DNA of 64,000 nucleotides from Tubulanus polymorphus (Eukaryota > Animalia > Nemertea): the NCBI RefSeq assembly GCF_964204645.1, contig NC_134034.1, positions 13,467,062-13,531,061 of the forward strand. The letters run 5' to 3'. The number at the start of each line of letters is the position of its first letter. The first letter of the stretch is position 1. The notes under the pieces were generated by a model, which worked only from the letters and a program-made list of their open reading frames with translations, did not search any database and was not told the DNA's origin. Below are positions 39,701 to 50,366 of the stretch, piece by piece. The position numbers were made by a program, and so were the translations under genes.

Positions 39701-42700
39701 AGCGACGTTTAGATTCATTTCTATGAGCCATTCCCAAAACTAAAAGAGTAATGACGTTTTAGACTCAATTCTGTGAGTCATTCTCAAAACTAAGAGAGTA
39801 ATGACGTTTAGACTCAATTCGATGAGACATTTTCAAAACTAAGAGACTTTATGTTTGTGCTAGTATTGTATGATAACTCTTTTCCCTATCGTTTAGGATA
39901 ATGTTCCCTACACGGATTTAGCAAGCAACCACATCTCACAAACGAATCCATCGATGTCATTTCTAGATATGTTTAACGACGATCTAGTGAACACGTATAA
40001 CCTGACCAGATTACCAGCAGACGATAAGACTCGTGATTATGGATTGTTCGACACTCTTCTTACTTTGAATAAATTCGCCGAGCGACAAATTGAAGAAAAA
40101 TCGGACAGGTTTTTTGTATGTGATTTTCGTTCCTGTTCTCTTTATATCTTTGACGATTCTGTCGAATTATGATGAACTACTAACGATGACCTTTCCGTTC
40201 TCAATAACCGCAATGATTCAGCAGAATTATGATGAGCTACTATAATCAACGATGAACTTTTATTCTGAATAACTTAAATGATTCGGTAAAACTGTGATGA
40301 GCTTCTTACGACGACCTTCTCATTCTCGATTTCAATGACTTCCCCATGGGGAATTTATTAAAGGCCATCCCCGGAATCTTCGGTCATTTTTGGTAAGATA
40401 ATGTTCAGTTAACTAATATTTTAGCTTAGCATTCTATAAGTATCGTTGTTATAGGAATATGAGGTAATAATTTTTAGGGGACTACAGTGTTATAAACCAG
40501 CTGACAATGATTTGCTTCATCAGGACCCAAAATCAAACTGAAGTATCTAGCCAAACCTTTTAAATGCGATGGGGTTATTTACTCCTAGCTCTCTCACTGA
40601 ACGCTATTCCGTTACAAAAATGTCCGTGTCTTACTCGATTGTATAGGATTCTAAAGTGGAAGTTGATGGTTTAAGCGGTCGTTTCAACTTCTCGCTGAAG
40701 AACTGTCTCGAGTCGCCAGCTGTTTATGTTTGTGAAACAAACGCGGATAAAAGTGAAACTAAATGCGCGAGGACTGAATTAAAGGTACGTTAAAATCGAA
40801 ACCAGCTATTCAGAATTTCACTTCGGACAAAATAAATTGCGTCTTCTACGATGATTGAGTCGGTCTATAGCTTTATAATAAAGTCAACCTCCTCATTATC
40901 AATTAAAATATAATATTCTGGGCTCGGTTTTATAGACTGGTATTACCTTTAACCTGGGGACTAACTTAATTGATAATGAATTGAGTTAGCCCCCGGGTTA
41001 AAGGTAATACCAGTCTATAAAACCGGGCCCTGAGGTTTCTGAGTGGGGGCATACTCTTCCGTCTGTCAGTGGAGATTTCCGTACAACCCTAGTTCAAATA
41101 TTTACCTACTGAACCAGAACTCTCCGCTGGAATTACTAGCGATTCCCGACGGTTTTCGAGAAGGGTTACATAGTTCAATGTTCATTGTTGTTTTTTTTTT
41201 CATGTTTAGTACACAGATTGGAATAAACTCGAGGAAGGCGAACCGATCAATTCTATTCCAAGTCAAGGTGTCAGTGTATTATCCGCTAACCTCGGACAAA
41301 TACTGATAAGACTGGTCAGTATAGATATATGAATATAATTCGTATTTCTCGTCACTTCTTAAACGCAAACTCAAAGACGCAGCTTTTAAGACAGTTCCCC
41401 GGCCTTACGTATTTCATTGATACCGCTGTTTAATTTGAAACAGGAACCGCCGTTCTTTATGAAACCAAAAGATGGAGACCTAACCGGATTATTTTACGAT
41501 TTACTCGAAGAATACAGGCGTTTACTGCGTGTCGAGCATAACTACTTCACATACGCAATAAGTGAGGATCTATTCACTACGTTGGAAGGCTTTGTAAGTA
41601 TTCATTTTAACGTAACGATATCACGGGTGTCCCCAGGATTTTTGGGGAGTTCGTTTTTAGGAAAATAAGGGGTGTCGCGGGGTCCTTCCCCGGAAAATTT
41701 TTGAAAATTTTGAGCAAGCAGGTGCGTTCTGGTAGACTGGTTCCCGTTAAATTTGCATGTATCGATTTTATTTTTCTAATTTAGAAAATGCAGATCATGC
41801 GCCGACGGTCGTCGACGTTTGATCATTCAAAAAGGGGTTCGTTCGAAGTACCGAATCCCCCCCCCCCCCGAATCGCCCATGGATATGGAACTATAGTGAA
41901 AATGGTCTGGTGGAAAAAGTCAGCGCCTGGTACCCAATTCAACATCCGCAACAAGGCTATGATCAGTTTGAAATTTTGATTTCCAGGGGCAGGTAGCAGC
42001 GGGCGGATTTGCCATCGATTTAGAACGGGACATCGACGTCGACTTTAGCGACCCGATCTATCCTGCGTCGCTGCATCTCGTATCGAAGTTGCCTGCAGTT
42101 GAAAAGAATCGCTGGCAGTTTCTAAGACCGTTCGTCAGCACGTTGTGGCTGGTCGTTCTTGCGACGGTATTCGTCATTAGTATATTGCTGTCTTTGTTGA
42201 CGTTTATAGACTACACAACCGACACGATCTCGTTGGGGGACAGTTTCTTCTTCACAGTGGCTCAACTCAGTAGCGGCAGTTCGGAGACTAATCCCAACGC
42301 CATTCCCAGTAGGATCCTCGTCGCCGTTGTAATGTTTTTCAATATAGCCCTATCGGCCGCCTATACGGCCAATATGACGGCGTTTCTGAGACTCAGAGCT
42401 GATGATCAACCGATAACGGATCTCAGCGAATTGATCGAAAGGGGCGAGGGTAATTTCGGCGTTATAAACAATACCGAAGTTCAGAAAATTTTGTCCAAAG
42501 CTCGGAAATTTCCCGAAATAATGGTGTGGAACATAATACGCCGGACCGGTCACATAGTGCCGGATTTAGAAACGGCCGTTGAAAAAATTGTCAACGAAAA
42601 TTTTATATTGCTAACCGACACGTTGACGGCGCGGTACGCCGTGGCGCAGAGATGCGATCTAATCGAGCACGGACTGAAGCAGTTATATGGATTACGGTTC

Positions 42701-43422
42701 GCGCTCGCGTTGCCGGAAGGTTCATTACTAAAGCGTCCAATAAATGCGTTAATCGCCACCGTAAGAGCGAGAGGTCTGCAAAAAACTGTCGAAGATAAGT
42801 AAGTTAGGAAATGATATGGTTGAACCAGTGGATAACTGGCATCTACGATGTAACAATTGGGCCCGGAGTCTTCCGATTGTTACTATATAGGCCTGTATCA
42901 TAACCATTGGTAAAACACTATATCCGAGTTGTGATGATAATCTATAGAGAATTCCACAGTAATAATAACGGAAAATAAAGTCCGAAAATGTTTCGTCTAA
43001 ACGCCGAATAAATCGCGTCTAGCTCGGAGAAACATTTTCGAACTTTATTTTTCGTCACATAATTCTATCTACATGGTAACTCCAGCATATTCTCCAATCA
43101 ACTGATGGCCCCGGATTATGTAATCGGATTCGGTATTCACTTTCTACGCGTCCTATGTCGTTTATTCATGTTTTTTTCCAGGTATTTGAAACGTCAGTTC
43201 AAATGCGACAATCACGACAGGTGGTCGAACGAAATATCGGAGACTGAACCGTTGACGTTTTTTGAAATGTCTGGTGTGTTTTTCACGTTGATTATTGGAC
43301 TGGTCGTCGCGTCATCGGTAGCGGTTATAGAATATTTGGCGTTGGTCTACAAAAGAGCGAAATTGCAGAAAAATGCCGGCAGCGACGCAGGCAACCTATC
43401 ACCAGAATCTGAACCTCTTTGA
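36702..43422 (+). CDS. Divergent ionotropic glutamate receptor / ionotropic receptor (IR)-like channel with signal peptide and amino-terminal domain, ~818 aa
   Basis: Exons 36702-36792 (gccATGG, signal peptide), 37509-37676, 38161-38409, 39261-39478, 39570-39623, 39897-40115, 40647-40784, 41210-41326 (or 41314), 41444-41593, 41987-42798, 43182-43422. ATD hallmarks (VTIGP; VEVDGLSGRFNF), S1 (EPPF..DLL..ERDIDVDFSDP), pre-M1 FLRPF..LW, M3 AYTANMTAFL, S2 (ITDLSEL..FGV; FALALPEGS), M4 (EMSGVFFTLIIG..IE). Confidence 0.88.
40921..41029. mobile_element. Foldback MITE, Harbinger-type
   Basis: Nearly fully palindromic (cggttttatagactggtattacctttaacc / ggttaaaggtaataccagtctataaaaccg) with a CTG TSD. 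Confidence 0.8.
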
Positions 43423-43492
43423 ATATCATTTATACATTAGACAACGTGTTGTCTTGACTTTCGACTGTATTACCTTTGTACGACTGTGTCAA

Positions 43493-43904
43493 TACAGTTA
43501 AACCCACTTTAATTCGGATCATTGGTTTAATCCGAGTTTCAATCTAATCCGGATAGGCCAGATCCATTTCACGGGTTGATTTATGGGGTGGCTTTGGGCG
43601 TTCGAAAACATATGAATTGACACCCAGCGATTCCCGGAAATTGCATCTTTTCTGGTTTATTTCTCCAAAAGTATCTAATACCGAGGGACGAGGCTCTAGT
43701 AGCCCAACTAGTGGCCATTTCATCCGAAAAATACCTTTTCATTTCTCCCGAACCCCAGCCTTTCAATTTTCGTAGATCCGCACCTGCATTTTATACATGA
43801 ATATATGTAGCGTGTATTGCTTAATGCGGGATTTCCGATAAAATGGACTCACGAATCAAATCGATTCCCAACGATCCGAATTCAAGTGGATTTATACCAC
43901 TGTA
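43493..43904. mobile_element. Tc1/mariner-type MITE downstream of the iGluR-like stop
   Basis: TA-cagttaaacccactttaattcggatc ... gatccgaattcaagtggatttataccactg-TA. Confidence 0.55.
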
Positions 43905-44915
43905 GAAGTTCGATTCTCAGGTTTGAAGCTGTCTCACTGTTTTGAGAGTAGCTGCTATTCACAAGGTCAGTGTTCACAAACGGGTGATTTTCAGGGACGG
44001 ATCCAGGGTTTACACTTATTCAAATGGCTGAAAGACTTTCATATTATGAGGTGAATTGATGGGGCTATAATCTGTAGTATCTACGGTGGTGCTAACGCGA
44101 TAATGGTTACGATTCAGATTTAGGCTTTATATAAATGACAAAGTCAGTTTTCCATGGACTAATGAAAAATTCTTCAATGTCATTTAAGAATAAAGAAAAG
44201 AGGATATGTGAAAGATTTTCACCTTGTCTTAGGCCTCTATCAGCTACAAAGTATTGTGAAGTGCTACCATTAAATTTAACACATGATTTGATGGAATTTT
44301 ACATATTTCTGACCACATTTAAGAAATTTCCACTAATATTATCAGCAATTTATTTCCACTGTAACGTTATCCTACGAATCGAGTCGAAAGCTTTTTTTAA
44401 AATCAGCAAAGGCGCAAAAAGTCTTCAAAGATACAACTATACAACCTACAAAAAAGATTTAAACTCTTTCAGAGGCTGGATCCAGAAGTCAGTAATCCAG
44501 ACTAGTAATCTGGCGAGTCGCGCGTGTTTAGAATCTTTAAAACTTTTCAACCGTACAATGTACGTAAACTGTCATCCTCGCTTGCCAGAGGTCCGGTATC
44601 ACTCCCGAACTTTAAAACCTTTACAGCGTACAATGTACGTAAACTGTGTAAGAGATACATTTCACACATAATGGAAGACCAAATCACTGATTGTTTTACT
44701 GTTTGTGACTATTAGAAAATAAATGATTCTATTCATTGTTTTTGTTTATGATTTGATTGTCTGCGTGTGGGGGATGTTATTGAAAGGAATCATTTTATGT
44801 ATATCCCTTCCACGTCATGGACTCGTACAGGATTTGTTTGCAGTGAGCGAACTGTTCGCAAAAATGATATGAGAACAAGCCACGATTTTTTTATGATTGA
44901 GAGACATTACGGATT

Positions 44916-45968
44916 TTAGTGTTGTTTTGCAGCGATGCAGGGCCTGCAGACGAGTTTACGAGCTTCTTGCTGATAGAAATCTAAACACGCGATATAAACG
45001 ACGAAATTCAAACAGAAATTCAAATCTTGAACATTCGTCGCAAACAGTGCGTAATAAAGAACGTCGAAATTCGGTCCACTTCCGTATAGGGTGTGAATGA
45101 GGATCCGAATCCAGAACATAGTCCACAAAACACAAGCAGGTGTCACCGTAACCAAAAACAAAACCGATACCGAAATCAAATTGACGAGAAATCGATAAGA
45201 TTTATCGTCTGTATGTCCGCCATGTTTTTGTATGGCCTCACTTCCGGTAGCTCGACGAGTTTTGATCAAAGTCGAGGCGATCACCACGTTCGATATGATC
45301 ACAATAAAACACGGTATCGCGAACGTGGTGATCAATTCCACTACGATCACTATAATCGTGCCGGCTCCGAGCAGACGATCGAAAATCAAATCACAACTAG
45401 TGCCTTTTTCATTCAGATCATACCCGAATACAAACGGCGATCGACCGATCATTGCTATGATTACGATGGAACAAATGGCAATTATCCGACTGCGAGATGT
45501 GATCAATCGTTCGCGTTTCAGCGGAAAATGAATCGCGACGCATTTCTCTACGTTGTACAACATCAAAGTCCACGTCGATGTCGCAGACGAAATGTACCAA
45601 AGATACCGAAATATTTTACACACGGCCATGTGAGTGGCCAAAAAGTCGAAGAATACTTTGCCGTCCGTGTATTCGTACAAGGCGTTATTCATCCAACTAT
45701 CGGTCAGACCGTTTGTGATTAGATTCACCAGATCGCTGGCCGCCAAAAACGTCAAATACTGCGACGTCGATTTATCGCGTCTATTCATACGTGGGAAAAT
45801 GATCAACGATAAAACGTTGCCTCCCATACCCATGAAAAGAATAAACGGGAACAGACAGGCTCGGTAGAAATTCATAAAGAGTTTTACATTATCGGGCGGC
45901 CTCATCACGACCCAACCATCGCCAGTGGTTTTGTTAATGACGGCGGTTGTGAAATTATAATCCAACAT
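44916..45968 (-). CDS. Intronless orphan rhodopsin-class (peptide/FMRFamide-receptor-like) GPCR
   Basis: Seven hydrophobic segments with TM1 GMGGN, TM2 LAASD, TM3 C..EKCVAIHFPL (DRY variant), TM5 AIP..N, TM6 FLVTVTP, TM7 NFCLNFVVY; N-terminal sequons NFT and NKT. First in-frame ATG is 45968; the true start may be upstream (see findings). Confidence 0.9.
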   Translation of the reverse strand: MLDYNFTTAVINKTTGDGWVVMRPPDNVKLFMNFYRACLFPFILFMGMGGNVLSLIIFPRMNRRDKSTSQYLTFLAASDLVNLITNGLTDSWMNNALYEYTDGKVFFDFLATHMAVCKIFRYLWYISSATSTWTLMLYNVEKCVAIHFPLKRERLITSRSRIIAICSIVIIAMIGRSPFVFGYDLNEKGTSCDLIFDRLLGAGTIIVIVVELITTFAIPCFIVIISNVVIASTLIKTRRATGSEAIQKHGGHTDDKSYRFLVNLISVSVLFLVTVTPACVLWTMFWIRILIHTLYGSGPNFDVLYYALFATNVQDLNFCLNFVVYIACLDFYQQEARKLVCRPCIAAKQH

Positions 45969-46110
45969 CTCGTATCGTTTCGCATTTGGCAACCGGGTAA
46001 TACTGGCTACGGCGCCGACGACGGTAGACAGTTGTTCACGGTTTTAATGTTTCCATTTCAAACTTACTACTTCAAATGCTCTTTCGTGACTGCGAAAACA
46101 AATGAGGAAG

Positions 46111-46425
46111 TCAAATTTCAACAACATACAAGATGGATCGCGTGCATAGTATGACTGAATCAGTCTCACCAACTTGAAGTGAATTTATGAGAAACTTCAT
46201 CGATTTCGTAATGAAATCAAAACAGCACAACCGCCACACGCAACCGCTCTTTCGTGTTGTCGTTATTTTCAGTTCTCTCAAGATCGATTTACGATCTTCG
46301 TGCGATTCGGGTGTTGAAATGGGACGTTCGTTGACAGACATCAAAATTGGATCCGATACCGATTTTCTATAGCACGCGTCGCATAGGTAAACTAACAAGA
46401 GCGTTAGCACAGCACATACTTCCAT
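46111..46425 (-). CDS. Small ORF beginning with a signal-peptide-like sequence, immediately upstream of the GPCR
   Basis: gcaATGG start, MEVCAVLTLLLVYLCDA hydrophobic leader; a G|gtgaga donor near 46170 and a tttcgcag acceptor near 46090 suggest splicing. No recognisable family. Confidence 0.35.
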   Translation of the reverse strand: MEVCAVLTLLLVYLCDACYRKSVSDPILMSVNERPISTPESHEDRKSILRELKITTTRKSGCVWRLCCFDFITKSMKFLINSLQVGETDSVILCTRSILYVVEI

Positions 46426-47524
46426 TGCAGGCTAAACATGGGGCAGTGATGCAAGTTTATCAGAAAACCACTTTCATTTCCTCAACTTTTTGAAAAGCTT
46501 AAGAAATTGCCTTAGTAAGATAGAAACCCGCTATACATAGATTTAAAAGATCTAAAAAACGAAATACATGATATTTCGAACCCTCACTAGAGATCAACGT
46601 CAGGAGTACCTATATAACTACTGTCAGGTGTTAAAGCTGTTTAAACAGCGATCAATCGATGAAGAAGTAAATTGATGATGCACTTTCGGCATCGCACGAA
46701 GTATCTTTTTTAATCGTCTGAGCCGAACAAAAGTCTGCTCGCAGCTCAAAGCATTGACCAAATGTATTTCTTTTCTTAATTTGGCTGTTCCATAAATTTC
46801 CTTGCACGAGGCAATTTCATGATTCTGATATTTGAGTAGAATATTTCAATTACTATTTTTTGTAAGTAAATTGTTTTAAAAATTCAAAATCATCAATAGA
46901 AGATTGATTTGTTAATAAAAAGAACTGGCGTTCAGCAATTCGAAGGGAATGTGGAATTGGCCACCTGCCTACCTATGGTTTGTGTTCTATCAACGTGAAG
47001 TGGGAAAAACGAAGGCATCTGCGTGGCATTGTTTTGTGATGTGCTAAACGGGTACAATCACTAGTAACAGATGGTAAACGGAATCGTATCGTGTGACATT
47101 GGAGAGAACTCCCATTTTCGGTGATAGTGAAATATCAAACCACTTACTACAGAATCGATAGAAACTGCTGGTATCGTTACCATCTGATTCCTAATGACAC
47201 CAGTTCAACTCGCGACGTGGACTTCATTTTCATTTCGCTTCGCTTCGATCGACACAAACCTTAGGTAGGTAAAACTCCGCAATATTTTTCAAAATTGCTT
47301 TCGACCGAATTTCTTTGAAAGCGTCCTGGACAAGTTTCTTTTATTCCAAAAAATCAATTTTCCAGAAAGTAATATATCAGAGTTAGACCACAGGATCCAG
47401 TTCCACAGTTGTGAGTTAGATTTAACTCTGAGTTAAAGTTAGTTCATTTTCAATGTTTTAACTCAGAGTCAAATCTTAACTCACGACTATGAAACCGGGC
47501 CCTGATCATACGTGCATTTCAGAT

Positions 47525-49273
47525 ATGCGGTTGTTGCTAGTATCAGGTGTTGTGTGCTACGTTTTGGTGACTATCGCCTTATCGCAGTCAGACGCTACAA
47601 CTGAGGCTCCTAGTTCATCTCACGCCCCCATTGATGATTCATTACGTGAGTAACTATCAGATTCTGGACTGTGAATCTTTTTATCGTTTCTTTGTAGGAA
47701 TGTATTCACAACAAATTCGGACAGTACTACATAATCGGGAATATATCATCTTATGTTTGGCCAAACAATATGCCGTATTAGGCCCCCTATCATTAGAGAT
47801 TTTAGTCGGCAGTTTAACATTAACTTTCTTCATGAACCCCACCTGGAAAAAGTCCTGGATCCACGCCTGCGTATAGATTTGGTTTTACCCGAATATTTAC
47901 TTGCAATATTGTCTAATCGAAGCCGTTTTTTGTAAATTGCACACCCTAAGAATGTCTTGTTTGATGTCAATATTCATTATTTCTATGCTTAAATTACATT
48001 TTGTCTAAAGCTTTATTGTTTTTTAGTAACAACAACAACAGGGCCAGTTGCTCAAAAATTGGTAAGAGTTAACCAGTAGATAGTGTGACTTCGTGACAAT
48101 CAAAAGTCCATTATTACAATGGTATTTATCCACTGGTTATCTTTAACCACCTTTTGAGCAACTGGCCCCACCAGATGTATATCACACGGTTTGTGTTTAA
48201 CCCGTTTCTTATTTCTAGAATGGGTAGTTGTGGGCATTGTCGGTTCTAGTAAACAAGCCGTTTCGCTGGTACACGATCCAAAAACCAAGGAAGAAGCTGA
48301 GAAATTCTGCGAGGAGAAAAATGCCGTATTGTACAACACAAAACAGGATGCATTACAAACTGACTTGGTAGTTAGATACATAGGGTAAACTCATCTCGTA
48401 CATATCTATATCTATATGCGATAGAAGATCTCTCCAAGTCTATTGATGCAGAGGAATGAATTAAATACATATAAATAAATAGTAATTAATTTTGATAACT
48501 TATTATCCTAATAACCTGAACAATGAACTCCAATGGTCTCGCTAATCCAATGCCTTTGCAATCATTGCGTACTAAGAATGATAAATATGAATATCGTGAA
48601 TTTTAGAGTTATTAGGATATTGAGTTATCAAAATTGATTACTATTTATATTTCTGTAAATCATTCCCCTTATTAATGTCATCATAACGATAATTGCTGTA
48701 ATCATGCAATCATTTATAATAGTCTACCATCCAACTGACTCTATGACGTCTAGAAATCAATCTTTGGGCATTTTTGGTTAGAGCTTGGCACCCGGGCACG
48801 ATTTTCCTTCTTAACGAATACCCCGTATTTAGCGCCCCCTATAGGCCGAAAGTGAAAAATCCCAGAGTGGCAGACATGTGTTTCAAGGTTGGGGGAGTGT
48901 CACCTTTCATTTAAGCCCGGGTGCCAAGCTCTACCCAAAAATGCCCAAAGATTGGTCTTGGATGGCTTGACTATAATTTATACTTTTGATTGCGTTATTC
49001 GATCTTATTTATGTTAATTTTTGATTGTTAAACTTCGTTTTTAAACTTCTGTTATTGTATATTAGAGGATTTTGGTCGTACGTATCATTTTTTTTCATGA
49101 ATTTCAGTCGTGGAGGTGGTATCTGGATCGGCACTGGTTATAACAGTTACCGTTGTAACGCCATCTACGACGCACAGATTGTAAACACCGCCTGTAACAA
49201 CAAACTACCTTTCCTATGCGCCCAGACAAAACCGATCTCAGCACAACCCGGCGAAGGCGATGGTTTCCGTTAG
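47525..49273 (+). CDS. Secreted protein with one compact C-type lectin-like domain
   Basis: Exons 47525-47645 (signal peptide MRLLLVSGVVCYVLVTIALS), 48219-48384, 49108-49273; phase consistent. CTLD pattern KT.EEA..FC...A.L, IWIG, C..C..LPFLC. Confidence 0.8.
48041..48168. mobile_element. Harbinger-type MITE
   Basis: gggccagttgctcaaaa ... ttttgagcaactggccc. Confidence 0.75.
48453..48974. mobile_element. Two adjacent inverted-repeat elements (~48453-48667 and ~48719-48974) in lectin intron 2
   Basis: caatctttgggcatttttggttagagcttggcacccgggc versus gcccgggtgccaagctctacccaaaaatgcccaaagattg; a second AT-rich inverted pair lies just upstream. Confidence 0.7.
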
Positions 49274-50366
49274 TATTTTCTCAATATACATTCTCTCTCG
49301 CTAATGTTACTTCTGATATTCAAGTATCTGTTATTATGGAAATACAGTCGAATTCCGTTATAATTCCATGATACTTTCTAATACCACCGCTTACTTGACG
49401 GAAACGTTTTTCCGAAAACAAATTATCGCACAACTCATATTCAATATCATTCTTTTAAATGGCATTTCGTAAATGACGACTTTTTCTTCATTGCTCCCCT
49501 ATAATGGCATTATAAAGGATATTCACTGTACGTTTTCATTATTGAAGACATTGTCACCCTCGAATTTAGCTTGTTACAAACCGATAAATTTGTATGCTCA
49601 TTTTCCTTCTTATTTCAAGGTGCGGTAATTTATAATCTATTTCTAGTCAAAACGAATTTTCTCTTGTAGAACATAACGGTGGTAATGGGAATGGCTTGTT
49701 TGGCAAAAAATAGGCTCAACGTGATTCGTCAAAAAACCGTACAACTGTAAATAAGTATGATATATTATATTCAATAAAGTGTTCGTATTGAAGCCACACA
49801 TCTTTATAACAAAATAAGAGTTAGTTTTAATTAAAATTTCAAAAGCTTCGAGGCTTTTTTTCGATGTTTTATGTTGGAGTGAAATTCTTTTTCATAAACC
49901 GATCTACGATTGATGTATTATTTTCAAATTTCGAGAACCTCTCTCTATTGGACTCTGGAAAAATACGTCAAAATCTTCGTTGGTTCTAGGATTTCCTCGT
50001 AATTTGCCAGCAAAGTTATCACGGTCAACGTTTAAAATAATGGGCGAATCAAAAGTTCAATTTTAAAAAAGCTGATCATAGAATAAACAAGATCATTTGC
50101 TTCACCCGCAAATGGAGAATAACAGAAATGTCCCACTCTCGAAAGCTACCGACTTTTCTATCAAAACTATTGATAGTGTTCCACTTTTATAAAATCTTTT
50201 GTTATAAATCGTTTTTGTGACGTTGATATATAATGATTATAGATGTAGTTGTGCGCACGCATTATTTCAAATACTCGTAGTTCGGTTCGATGTCGGAACA
50301 TTGGTTTTAAATATAACGACCACTCACTTCCTTCAACTCGTCTTACTGAAAGGTCGCTGAAACACT

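Noticed and set aside
44135-44671. 178-aa plus-strand ORF
   Set aside because: No recognisable domain or splice context; AT-rich, includes a local ~38-bp duplication, and lies between convergent 3' ends. Probably a chance ORF.
45093-45867. Plus-strand ORFs of 209, 99 and 77 aa
   Set aside because: Antisense shadows of the GPCR coding sequence.
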